IMG/VR virus record: IMGVR_UViG_3300035661_000168
Coordinates: 1-37,659 of that record
Source: a virus
Length of the DNA: 37,659 bases
Strand: one strand, 5' to 3'
Below, one piece after another: positions 19,036 through 27,001 of the stretch. Every line of letters starts with the position of its first letter. Position 1 is the stretch's first letter. A program made the translations under genes and the position numbers. The notes beneath the pieces are model-generated. The model was given only the letters and a program-made list of their open reading frames with translations, searched no databases and was not told the origin of the DNA.

Positions 19036-19136
19036 TTGATCGAGGCTCGGGGGAAGATGTATCATTTTTTAACGGGTTTTGTGGCATTACAACGCGTTTT
19101 TAAAGTCTCCCTCGAGCTTCACCTTGAAAGGTTTTT

Positions 19137-19397
19137 ATGTCGAGAATAAGTGCAGAGTTTTTATTAAAATTTTGGACCCTGGAAACTCCCTCTGGAACCG
19201 TGAATGGTTCCAACACTGTTTTTACCTTAGCCTTTACGCCCGTCGAGAATGACGCGGTGACGGTATTTTTAAATGGTCTCTTTCAAAGACCCACGACTGA
19301 TTATAGTATTTCAGGTACGACAATCACGTTTGTAACTGCGCCACCAGTGGCAAGCGATGTAAGAACATCCTACATTAGAAAAACAGGAGAATCATAA
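19137..19397 (+). CDS. Small structural protein consisting of one stand-alone GTVNGSNTVF...DYSISGTTITF domain
   Basis: 86 aa, clearly similar to residues encoded at about 17707-17925 of the 16680 gene. Confidence 0.65.
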   Translation: MSRISAEFLLKFWTLETPSGTVNGSNTVFTLAFTPVENDAVTVFLNGLFQRPTTDYSISGTTITFVTAPPVASDVRTSYIRKTGES

Positions 19398-19642
19398 TGA
19401 CACTTGATCAAGCTCTCGCCCAAACAAATTTAGTAAACACTCAGGAAAGATGCGGAGTCTTTTTAAAAGAAAATAATACTATTTCTATTAAAAACTTAAG
19501 CGAGTCTGGAGACACAATCCAGCTTTTTATTGATGACGTACAAAAAACGACGTTCTCGATTTCAAATGAAATCATGACGATTAATCAAGATTGTTTTCCG
19601 TGTAATAAAATTAATATTATCGTCTGCGGCGATAGGAGCTAA
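19397..19642 (+). CDS. Hypothetical protein
   Basis: AGGAG Shine-Dalgarno, TAATG overlap, 81 aa. Confidence 0.55.
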   Translation: MTLDQALAQTNLVNTQERCGVFLKENNTISIKNLSESGDTIQLFIDDVQKTTFSISNEIMTINQDCFPCNKINIIVCGDRS

Positions 19643-19644
19643 AA

Positions 19645-20343
19645 ATGGCAGGAAGACTTCAAAACGAAGATCATAAGTCGGCAGCCGAATTAGTGTCGGC
19701 AGGAGGAACGGCGGCACAGCTTATAAATGACACCAAAATTTATTCGAGCGTTTTAACCGAACAACTATCGGCGGCTTTAACCTCTGGTGATATTGCAAAT
19801 AAATCAACCATTACAACAAAAGGGGATTTAGCCGTTTCAAACGGAACAACTCTTGTTCGCTTAGGGGTTGGGTCAAATACTCAAGTCTTAACGGCTGATT
19901 CAACAACTGCAACCGGACTTAAATGGGCCGCTGCTGGTGGCGGCTCTGGTGTTGCAAATGCTTTTATGCCTTTCAGAGCAAACGGTCCTTATATTGCGGG
20001 GACTTTTGAGGACGGACTATTTATAGCTTATGCTGCGATTACAATCGTAGACGTTATTGTTTACAACTTGACCGCTGGAACTGGTGGTACGACAGAGTTT
20101 GACGTACGAGTTGCAACACTTGGGGGATCGTTTACAAGTATTTTTTCAACGACTCCAAAAATTACATCAAGTGCCGCTGCGAACGTTTGGATTAGAAGTG
20201 GTCAAACTGTGACGGGCTGTACGGCTCCGATCTTTACATCTCAGCCTTTTTCAGTTTCAGCGAATCAGGGAATCAGAGTGGATCTTGTCACCGCCATGAC
20301 AGGAAGCCCAAAAGACTGTGGCGTTATTTTAGTTTTACAATAA
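19645..20343 (+). CDS. Tail fibre-like protein; its C-terminal domain is paralogous to the 23336..23854 product (cassette A, gene 1)
   Basis: AGGAG Shine-Dalgarno. Fibre-type motif TKGDLAVSNGTTLVRLGVGSNTQVLTADSTTATGLKW. C-terminal GGTTEFDVRVATLGGSFTSIFSTTPK...AMTGSPKDCGVILV aligns with GAITELDLKVGTSGGAYTSIFSTTPK...SMTGNPRDCGLLMY. Confidence 0.7.
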   Translation: MAGRLQNEDHKSAAELVSAGGTAAQLINDTKIYSSVLTEQLSAALTSGDIANKSTITTKGDLAVSNGTTLVRLGVGSNTQVLTADSTTATGLKWAAAGGGSGVANAFMPFRANGPYIAGTFEDGLFIAYAAITIVDVIVYNLTAGTGGTTEFDVRVATLGGSFTSIFSTTPKITSSAAANVWIRSGQTVTGCTAPIFTSQPFSVSANQGIRVDLVTAMTGSPKDCGVILVLQ

Positions 20344-20357
20344 TAAGGAGTTTTTAA

Positions 20358-20798
20358 ATGGCTACATATTCACAGAGTTATAAAGTAAATGCGGCAATTA
20401 ATTCAACGGCTACGCAGGCGGCAACAAATACAAATATTGCTGTCTATACAGCTCCGGCAAACGGGTTTGCAATTGTGAGCGTTCAAATTGCGACAACGCC
20501 AACAACGAGTTTTACTTCTTATTTTAATATTGGAACAACGACGACAAATGCAAGAACTGTTGCCTGGTCTCAAGGCGGCACGGCTGGATTTATAGGATGT
20601 TCTTCTCCTGGAATTAATACTTCTTCAGCCGCTGGCGGAGTTGCGATCACGACTGGAAATACAAATATTACAGGAAGCGGATACATGATTGGGCGAGATA
20701 TTTACGTTGGTCCCGGACAAACTCTTTACGGAAATTCTGTAGGAGCCACTTCTCAAACGTTTGCGGCTGTTGGTGTAGAGTATCTTAACACTCCATAA
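20358..20798 (+). CDS. Hypothetical structural protein, paralogue of the 23857..24339 product (cassette A, gene 2)
   Basis: AAGGAG Shine-Dalgarno. 146 aa. IAVYTAPANGFAIVSVQIATT aligns with TVLYTAPSDRISEVFIKNIATT. Confidence 0.65.
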   Translation: MATYSQSYKVNAAINSTATQAATNTNIAVYTAPANGFAIVSVQIATTPTTSFTSYFNIGTTTTNARTVAWSQGGTAGFIGCSSPGINTSSAAGGVAITTGNTNITGSGYMIGRDIYVGPGQTLYGNSVGATSQTFAAVGVEYLNTP

Positions 20799-20807
20799 AG
20801 GGTAAAA

Positions 20808-23321
20808 TTGAGCAGCTTCATATTTGATAATTCATACCCGACCGCCTATGTGGATAGACGGTTTGAAGTTTCAAAGTCCCTTAATATGGTCATCCAAATT
20901 GAGGGGCTTGACTATTACATTTCCATAGTCCCGACCTACACGAAAATCAGATATGGCGACCCCGGATTGGTTTACGGAGCTCCGGGGCTTGTCTACGGTG
21001 GCTTGCGCTTAAACGATAATGTTGTGGCTGGCCTAAGCCTTGATTCGAGCTTAACGATTTCTCAGAAGCTTGAGCCAGAGCAGGGCCGCGGCGCTGTAAG
21101 CACGATGACTCTTGTGTTTGTAGACTTCAATCAAATGTTTACGAAGCTCATTAGTCCGGGGCAAGACTTAAACGATCTTTTGGGTAATAAACTTGTAAAG
21201 GTTTACTTAGGATATCAAACGCAAAGCTTCCCGGAAGATTATTATGTCGTGTTCAGGGGCTATGCTTCTTCGACAAGGGCTCAGAGTGGTAAAATCACGA
21301 TTCAATTGTCTGACGCTAACTTAAAGCGCAGGGCTAATATATTCTCGAATCAGGCGTGTAAGACGACGGCTGCCATTACAGATTCTCAAACAAACATTCC
21401 GGTAGATAAAAACACCGACTTCTCGCAGCTAATCTTAGGGCCGAATGGAACATATGACACGAGCATTGAGACTTTAATCAGAATCAATGACGAGATCATG
21501 AATTATAATGCGGCCGGATTCTCGCCACCTAATTTATTTACAGTTACTCGCGGGACTCATGGGTCGGTAGCTGTTGCGGCCGACACGGACTCTGATGTAA
21601 ATCAGTTGTTTATGCTTCAAGGAAACATCTTTGACATGGCTTTAAAGGTCATGCTCTCAGGCTGGAACGGCCCGTTTGTTACAGATCTGACGCCACTTGG
21701 AATTCAGAACGCACAAGACTACGGGATTGAATCAAACATTTTGCGCATGCCAGATAGCTACGACACGATCGAAGAGCTAAACGTGCGGCCTGGCGACTAC
21801 ATGTACGTGACCGGCTCGCCATCTGGAAACGATGGGACTTATATTCTAGAGTCTATCGAATCGTCCGACGGACAAAATAATAACATATTAAGGTTTACGA
21901 CCCCATTCGTGGCGGCGGAGTATCCAATCACCACCACAAGGCTAGCTTTCAGAAGCCAATATGATACCTACCCCGCAGCTTGTGGTGTGAAGATGCGCCC
22001 GACTGAAATAGATATGCAGGCGTGGGAAGACCTAAGAGACACGTTCTTTAATACTACCTATTCACAGATGCGCTTTTTTATGAGCGAGAAACAGTCTGGA
22101 AAAGAGTTCATTGAAAAAGAACTTCTTCTTCCGGTTGGGGCTTACTCAATTACCCGCTTCGGAAGGCTCTCGGTCAAGATTACTTTGCCACCGATTGCGG
22201 GACAAAAGATCATCGTACTTGATAACACTAATATCATAGACCCAGCCGGGATTGTTGTAGAGCGAGCGCTTAACACGAGACGATACTTTAATGAGATCGA
22301 TTATCAGTTTGATCTAGATCCGATCAGCGGAAAGTATTTAAACGTCGTAAACACTCTCGACACGGATTCTTTAAACACGATTGGCTTGTTATCAATCATG
22401 CCGATCAAGTCTCAGGGGCTTAGAACTTCTTACGCTGCCGCTACGTTGATAGATAAGCGCGGTTTAAACTTACTTACTAGGTATAAGAACGCAGCCTTTG
22501 AGGTTCAGAACGTAAAGGTAAATTGGGGAGCTGGATCTTTAATTGAAGCCGGGGATACGCCGATCTTAAAAGACAATGGTCTTTTACAAATTGCAAACCT
22601 AAATACTGGCGAGCGCAATCTTGGAACTGCTTTGTTTGAAGTAATTGATCGCGCTATAGACATTAAGACTGGCGTCGTAACCTTAAAGCTTTTATCAAAC
22701 GTCGGGTATCAGGCTAGTGATCGGTTTGCGGTAATTTCTCCGACAAGTCAGATTGCGGCTACGGGATCAACGACTCAGGAAATTAAGATCGAAGACTCTT
22801 ACGGGATTGCGTATCCAGGCAATGAGCGCGAGAAATGGTCTGCGATCATTGGTTCTAACATCAGGATACATACTAAAGACGAGACTCAAAGCTATGTCAG
22901 AACACTACTGGCGTTCTCTTCTTCGGATAGGTATAAGATTATAGTCGACCCAGCACTACCCGTAGTGCCCGATGACTCTTGGGTCATTGATATAGATGAC
23001 TATCCAAACACCGTGAACGCTTTTGATAATCAAGCCTTAAAGCTTTTGTATTGTTATATCGACCCCACGATCAATGTTATCGGCGGCCTATCTAATACTC
23101 AGTTTCAAGTTAACCTGTCGGACGCCTCTGCGTTTACCGTTGGACTTCCAGTGAGTGTGCACAACCCTGACTTTTCAAATGATAGTGTTGAAACTACGGT
23201 GAAATCTATTACAGTAAATGTAATCGAAGTGGCAAACGACTTAGGGTTTACGCCAGCCGCTGGAGATAGTGCTGAGTTGATTGGATTTATTGATGCAGGG
23301 GGCCCTTATCGCATCCTATAG
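20808..23321 (+). CDS. Large tail tip / host-interaction structural protein
   Basis: 837-aa ORF in the distal tail block. TTG start (alternative ATG at 20886). No motif recognised; called from size and context. Confidence 0.55.
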   Translation: MSSFIFDNSYPTAYVDRRFEVSKSLNMVIQIEGLDYYISIVPTYTKIRYGDPGLVYGAPGLVYGGLRLNDNVVAGLSLDSSLTISQKLEPEQGRGAVSTMTLVFVDFNQMFTKLISPGQDLNDLLGNKLVKVYLGYQTQSFPEDYYVVFRGYASSTRAQSGKITIQLSDANLKRRANIFSNQACKTTAAITDSQTNIPVDKNTDFSQLILGPNGTYDTSIETLIRINDEIMNYNAAGFSPPNLFTVTRGTHGSVAVAADTDSDVNQLFMLQGNIFDMALKVMLSGWNGPFVTDLTPLGIQNAQDYGIESNILRMPDSYDTIEELNVRPGDYMYVTGSPSGNDGTYILESIESSDGQNNNILRFTTPFVAAEYPITTTRLAFRSQYDTYPAACGVKMRPTEIDMQAWEDLRDTFFNTTYSQMRFFMSEKQSGKEFIEKELLLPVGAYSITRFGRLSVKITLPPIAGQKIIVLDNTNIIDPAGIVVERALNTRRYFNEIDYQFDLDPISGKYLNVVNTLDTDSLNTIGLLSIMPIKSQGLRTSYAAATLIDKRGLNLLTRYKNAAFEVQNVKVNWGAGSLIEAGDTPILKDNGLLQIANLNTGERNLGTALFEVIDRAIDIKTGVVTLKLLSNVGYQASDRFAVISPTSQIAATGSTTQEIKIEDSYGIAYPGNEREKWSAIIGSNIRIHTKDETQSYVRTLLAFSSSDRYKIIVDPALPVVPDDSWVIDIDDYPNTVNAFDNQALKLLYCYIDPTINVIGGLSNTQFQVNLSDASAFTVGLPVSVHNPDFSNDSVETTVKSITVNVIEVANDLGFTPAAGDSAELIGFIDAGGPYRIL

Positions 23322-23335
23322 AGGAGTATTTGTTT

Positions 23336-23854
23336 ATGTCTAATTTACCTCCGAGCAGAATAGAAGTACAGACTGGACAGGTACAGACCCGCAGACCCGC
23401 GTCTGAGCTTTTAGTTCAAGCCATTTCTGGCACTGCGAATCACTACCTAGAGAGATCTCGCGAGCCCTACAAGTTTAATGTTAATGGTATTTACTCTGGT
23501 CAAATCAACGCTCTGGGTGTAGACGGTCTTTATGTTTTTGATTTTGATATTACCATCACTAATGTTGTTTTGTTTTCTAATGTTCCAGGTGCCGGGGCTA
23601 TCACGGAGCTGGATCTTAAGGTGGGCACTAGCGGTGGCGCTTATACTTCTATTTTCTCAACAACTCCGAAGGCTGCTCCCGCACATGGACTTTACGCCTA
23701 TGTCGGAGTGGGCGGAACGGAAACGGGACTAACTGCGCCAGTGCTTTCAACGACAGACATAGACGCTGGACAAGCTATAAGGTTTGATATTATTTCATCA
23801 ATGACCGGAAACCCAAGAGACTGCGGTCTCTTAATGTATTATTTCAAGAGGTAA
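23336..23854 (+). CDS. Hypothetical structural protein, paralogue of the C-terminal domain of the 19645 product (cassette B, gene 1)
   Basis: GAGGAG at 23321-26 favours ATG 23336 over the ORF-track TTG 23330. Similarity as listed for 19645. Confidence 0.7.
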   Translation: MSNLPPSRIEVQTGQVQTRRPASELLVQAISGTANHYLERSREPYKFNVNGIYSGQINALGVDGLYVFDFDITITNVVLFSNVPGAGAITELDLKVGTSGGAYTSIFSTTPKAAPAHGLYAYVGVGGTETGLTAPVLSTTDIDAGQAIRFDIISSMTGNPRDCGLLMYYFKR

Positions 23855-23856
23855 AA

Positions 23857-24339
23857 ATGGCAACATTTGGCTTAGGCGTTCGATATGAATTGTTTCAAAC
23901 CGTGCAACATGGTCTTACCTTGGGATCAAATGATCTTGAGAGCTTGTTGCCAATGGCGACAACGGTTCTTTATACGGCTCCGTCAGATCGTATCTCGGAA
24001 GTGTTTATTAAGAACATCGCGACGACAAATTTAACTGGGTACTCTTACTCATTTCACGTCTACACAAAAAGAATGGATACCTCGGCCTATATTGATGCGG
24101 AAACTCTTTTCTCTGTAACCGGCTCGGGCTTTAGCATTCCTGGGTACTACGTTAGCGTTCCGACGATTGCGGCCGCCAACAGAGGCTACGCTTTGACTGT
24201 AGACTCGAACGTTGGATCTGGGGCAAACTCTTTAAAGGGAAGCTTTTTACTTTACCCTGACGAGCGGTTGGTTGCGATCGTAACGGGGCCGACCACTCGC
24301 TGTTATTGGTCGGCAACAATTCGCGAATATATTTCTTAA
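23857..24339 (+). CDS. Hypothetical structural protein, paralogue of the 20358 product (cassette B, gene 2)
   Basis: GAGG Shine-Dalgarno, 160 aa, shared LYTAP...ATT and C-terminal blocks. Confidence 0.65.
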   Translation: MATFGLGVRYELFQTVQHGLTLGSNDLESLLPMATTVLYTAPSDRISEVFIKNIATTNLTGYSYSFHVYTKRMDTSAYIDAETLFSVTGSGFSIPGYYVSVPTIAAANRGYALTVDSNVGSGANSLKGSFLLYPDERLVAIVTGPTTRCYWSATIREYIS

Positions 24340-24340
24340 A

Positions 24341-24763
24341 ATGAAACACGAGAACAGCGGAAACTGCGCAAGGTGTAACGAGATTTTTGACACGTTTGCG
24401 GGCTTTGATTCAGTTTTGTTTGCATGGTTTAAGACCCTTCAATATAAGCACCCCGAAGCGCACATATCTTGCGCCGGAAGGGGGCACATTGATCAAGAAG
24501 TCTTGTTCACACGAGGGGCAACGCGTGCCCATTGGATGCAGTCCGCCCATAATTGGAATTGTGCTATTGATCTTTTTGTTAACTTCCCCGGATCTAACAA
24601 CATTTATCCTGCTGCTTGGTTTCACAATACTCTGGCGCAAGAACTTACTGATGACCTTGAATGGTACGGATCTCCAGCTTCCAGATTTTTTGAACTTCCA
24701 CACGTCCAAAGGCGAGGCTGGAAAGATTTAGCTAAAGATGGAAAGCTCAGGCTGGTAGAATAA
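24341..24763 (+). CDS. Endolysin, peptidase M15 (VanY / L-alanyl-D-glutamate peptidase-like)
   Basis: Zn-ligand pattern H ... SAHNWNCAIDL (S-x-H-x-x-x-x-A-x-D) ... ELPHV. 140 aa, immediately upstream of the holin-like genes. Confidence 0.7.
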   Translation: MKHENSGNCARCNEIFDTFAGFDSVLFAWFKTLQYKHPEAHISCAGRGHIDQEVLFTRGATRAHWMQSAHNWNCAIDLFVNFPGSNNIYPAAWFHNTLAQELTDDLEWYGSPASRFFELPHVQRRGWKDLAKDGKLRLVE

Positions 24764-24787
24764 ACCCTATCCATAGGGGGACCAACC

Positions 24788-25003
24788 ATGCTTGAGAACT
24801 TCGGCGGCCGAAAGTTTTTCCTCACTCTTTTGGGAATCGTTGTCATCAGCGTGGTCCCGATTATTTACTCAGTTATGAAGATCGACTCTGCCACCACGCA
24901 AATTGTCGTCGGCGCAATCGCGGCTGGCATTGGAGCTTTTGGGGCCGCCAATGTCCTTAGCGACAAGTATGCGAACCAATCAAAGCCAGAAGATAAACCA
25001 TGA
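24788..25003 (+). CDS. Holin candidate (two TMDs)
   Basis: 71 aa. Hydrophobic segments FFLTLLGIVVISVVPIIYSV and IVVGAIAAGIGAFGAANVL, with a charged C-terminus. GGGGGA Shine-Dalgarno. Confidence 0.6.
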   Translation: MLENFGGRKFFLTLLGIVVISVVPIIYSVMKIDSATTQIVVGAIAAGIGAFGAANVLSDKYANQSKPEDKP

Positions 25004-25197
25004 CTGGAAATTATCAATTTATTATTGGACTCGCTACGGGCAGTGTATTCTTCGCTCTTGCTGCCATGGGCTACTTTAAGAACAAAAAAATTCAAAAGCT
25101 CGAGGCCGAGGCCTTGGAGCAAAAGGTCGTGTCTGATGTTGATAAGAAGTCTCTTGATACTCTCGTTGACGAGTCAAACAAGCGCGCTGGCCGCTGA
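25000..25197 (+). CDS. Small N-terminal-TMD plus coiled-coil protein (i-spanin-like or holin-associated)
   Basis: ATGA overlap with the holin. 65 aa. TMD FIIGLATGSVFFALAAMGYF followed by the charged helix KKIQKLEAEALEQK. Confidence 0.5.
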   Translation: MTGNYQFIIGLATGSVFFALAAMGYFKNKKIQKLEAEALEQKVVSDVDKKSLDTLVDESNKRAGR

Positions 25198-25483
25198 TTT
25201 CAGTCCAGACTATTCCGTATGGGGTAAGGAGTTTGTGCTCGCTGAGGGCGACGTGGTGCCAAATGCCGGGGTATTGGTGCCAGAGGGAAACTACCGGGAT
25301 TATCAGCGGGCCTTAAGTATCGCTATAATAGTAAGCCCTAAGCTTTATGGTGATGTCGGGATCATTCCTGTGCCTGAGTGTCAGCCGCAGGAGAAGATTC
25401 TAGACAAGGTTCAGAATCGCGGGATGTGGTTACTGTTCGGATCCCTGCTTGGTCTCGGGCTATCCACTGGTTTAAGACGCTAA
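25136..25483 (+). CDS. Candidate overlapped ORF: signal-peptide-like N-terminus plus C-terminal TMD (start uncertain; alternative GTG near 25235 after TAAGGAG)
   Basis: Starts in the +1 frame inside the 25000 gene. MLIRSLLILSLTSQTSALA|ADF looks like an SPase I signal (no lipobox Cys). The C-terminus is MWLLFGSLLGLGLSTGLRR. The last 122 nt overlap the convergent RecU-like gene. Confidence 0.3.
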   Translation: MLIRSLLILSLTSQTSALAADFSPDYSVWGKEFVLAEGDVVPNAGVLVPEGNYRDYQRALSIAIIVSPKLYGDVGIIPVPECQPQEKILDKVQNRGMWLLFGSLLGLGLSTGLRR

Positions 25484-25928
25484 CCAAACTTAAATCCTGC
25501 AGCGACCCTAGGCTTACGCCATCCTCTGGCTTCACGGACTTGCCGATCTGGAGCCTTACAAGCTTGTAGGAGTGATAAAAAACTATCCTATTCAGCTCTG
25601 AGTAATAAACGACGTATCCGGCTAGGTGACCAAGCTTTTCTATTTCCATGAGCTCTTTGATCTGATGAGGTGTGCAGTCGCTAAAGGAAAAAGACTTCTT
25701 TAAAGTGATCTTAGTGTCTAAAAACACCGCGCCCTTGCGGTGGATGAGTACGAAATCAAACGGGGTTCTAACGCGGATCATTTTGTTTCTGGCTACTTGC
25801 TTAGCGCCCATTGGGATTTGTATGCACTTGAAGTGGGCTCTGTGCGCGGCACTTCTAAAGGTATTTTCAAATATATCGCCTCGGGCCTTAGCTTTGCGCC
25901 CAGCAAGGATTCTTTTTATCGTAGGCAT
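25362..25928 (-). CDS. recU: Holliday junction resolvase, RecU-like PD-(D/E)xK nuclease
   Basis: GDIFENTF ... TPFDFVLIHRKGAVFLDTKIT ... TPHQIKELMEIEKLGHLAGYVVYY parallels RecU blocks (DY.G...G..i.FEAK.T ... HQ...L....G.iaF). AAGGGG Shine-Dalgarno. Confidence 0.65.
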   Translation of the reverse strand: MPTIKRILAGRKAKARGDIFENTFRSAAHRAHFKCIQIPMGAKQVARNKMIRVRTPFDFVLIHRKGAVFLDTKITLKKSFSFSDCTPHQIKELMEIEKLGHLAGYVVYYSELNRIVFYHSYKLVRLQIGKSVKPEDGVSLGSLQDLSLVSVLNQWIARDQAGIRTVTTSRDSEPCLESSPAADTQAQE

Positions 25929-25934
25929 TGCCCC

Positions 25935-26183
25935 TTAGCATACAAGCTCATACGCCTCAGGGCCAAGAGCTTTTTGATCCGTCCACGCATAGAAAAGCGC
26001 ACGATCAACACAAACTCTTAATCCTGATGGGGTATATGCTTGCGAGTAGATGTTTGTCCACTCTGCCGGCTCATCGTACATAGACGGCCTGAATTCTTGA
26101 ACTATGATTGCGTCAAAACTTTTAACGACGCGGATCTTTTCTCCGTCAAGTAGGTTCAGGTCCAGAAAAATCTTGTGGATCAT
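25935..26183 (-). CDS. Hypothetical protein
   Basis: GGAGGTAACCG-ATG Shine-Dalgarno/start on the minus strand. 82 aa. First gene of the short leftward operon. Confidence 0.65.
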   Translation of the reverse strand: MIHKIFLDLNLLDGEKIRVVKSFDAIIVQEFRPSMYDEPAEWTNIYSQAYTPSGLRVCVDRALFYAWTDQKALGPEAYELVC

Positions 26184-26290
26184 CGGTTACCTCCTGCTTT
26201 ACATTTTCAGTATAGGGTCAAATGATGCCGCAGTGCAATTAATAAAACTGGACTCTGGACCCTGGCCTAAAACACTGTTGCAATACTTGC

Positions 26291-26503
26291 ATGTTTATAC
26301 CAGGGCACCGAGCAGCTAAATCACTATATGAAGTCGCAGTCTACATAGATCAAGGCTCTTTGCCTAAGAACATTAAACATATACTTATTAAGCAGTTAAA
26401 GAGCCACGCAGAGACTCTCGTTGTCTACGGGGAAGCTCAAATAGAATATGAAGCTTGGATTGCAAAGGTACTTGTAGATTTATTTACTGTTGGGAGAAAT
26501 TAA
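26291..26503 (+). CDS. Hypothetical protein
   Basis: 70-aa ORF at the start of the rightward operon. Weak start context. Confidence 0.45.
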   Translation: MFIPGHRAAKSLYEVAVYIDQGSLPKNIKHILIKQLKSHAETLVVYGEAQIEYEAWIAKVLVDLFTVGRN

Positions 26504-26506
26504 ATT

Positions 26507-27001
26507 ATGGAAGCTGAAGTTAATATACATTGTAAATTTGATGAGCTTAAGAACCCGGTTGATTTAAAAGATCATCCATTTAATAGAAATAAACACGGCG
26601 ATGATCAAATCGAGCGGCTGGCTAAACTGTATACTTACCACGGCGTAAGACACCCGATTATTATCAGTAAAACTACTGGGTACATTGTGGCCGGTCACTG
26701 TCGTAAACTTGCCGCAATACGCGCAGGCATTGATGAAATGCCGGTTGTGTATCAAGAATTTAAAGACCGCGATCAAGAATATGCTTTTATACAAAGTGAC
26801 AATGCTGTAGCAACATGGGCTGAACTAGATTTATCCGGAATCAATGCAGACATGGGTACATTTGATCCTAATTTTGACATTGATATGCTTGGTATTAAAA
26901 ACTTTGTACTTGATCTATCGGAAAAAGAATTTGACCCATCTGACTCAACAGAAAGCGATAAGCCACATAAGTTATGTCCTCATTGTGGAGAAGCTCTGTG
27001 A
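26507..27001 (+). CDS. ParB-like nuclease (ParB N-terminal) domain protein
   Basis: HPFNRNKHGDDQIERLAKLYTYHGVRHPIIISKTTGYIVAGHCRKLAAIRAGIDEMPVV is the ParB/Srx fold signature. C-terminal CPHCG half zinc ribbon. GGGAGA Shine-Dalgarno. Confidence 0.75.
   Translation: MEAEVNIHCKFDELKNPVDLKDHPFNRNKHGDDQIERLAKLYTYHGVRHPIIISKTTGYIVAGHCRKLAAIRAGIDEMPVVYQEFKDRDQEYAFIQSDNAVATWAELDLSGINADMGTFDPNFDIDMLGIKNFVLDLSEKEFDPSDSTESDKPHKLCPHCGEAL

Noticed and set aside
19057-19149. 30-aa ORF in the 19036-19136 intergenic gap, preceded by CTCGGGGGAAG (similar to the leader of the 18217 gene), and a loose long-range inverted repeat (GCTCGGGGGA / TCTCCCTCGAGC)
   Set aside because: It is too short and unsupported to call. 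The inverted repeat is imperfect and lacks a clear T-tract. It may be a weak terminator or regulatory hairpin, but I cannot support that by eye.
24387-24846. Three overlapping ORFs (24387..24731 plus, 24410..24709 minus, 24622..24846 minus) within or around the endolysin gene
   Set aside because: The 24341 frame carries the M15 zinc-peptidase motifs. The others have no recognisable features and overlap it almost completely.
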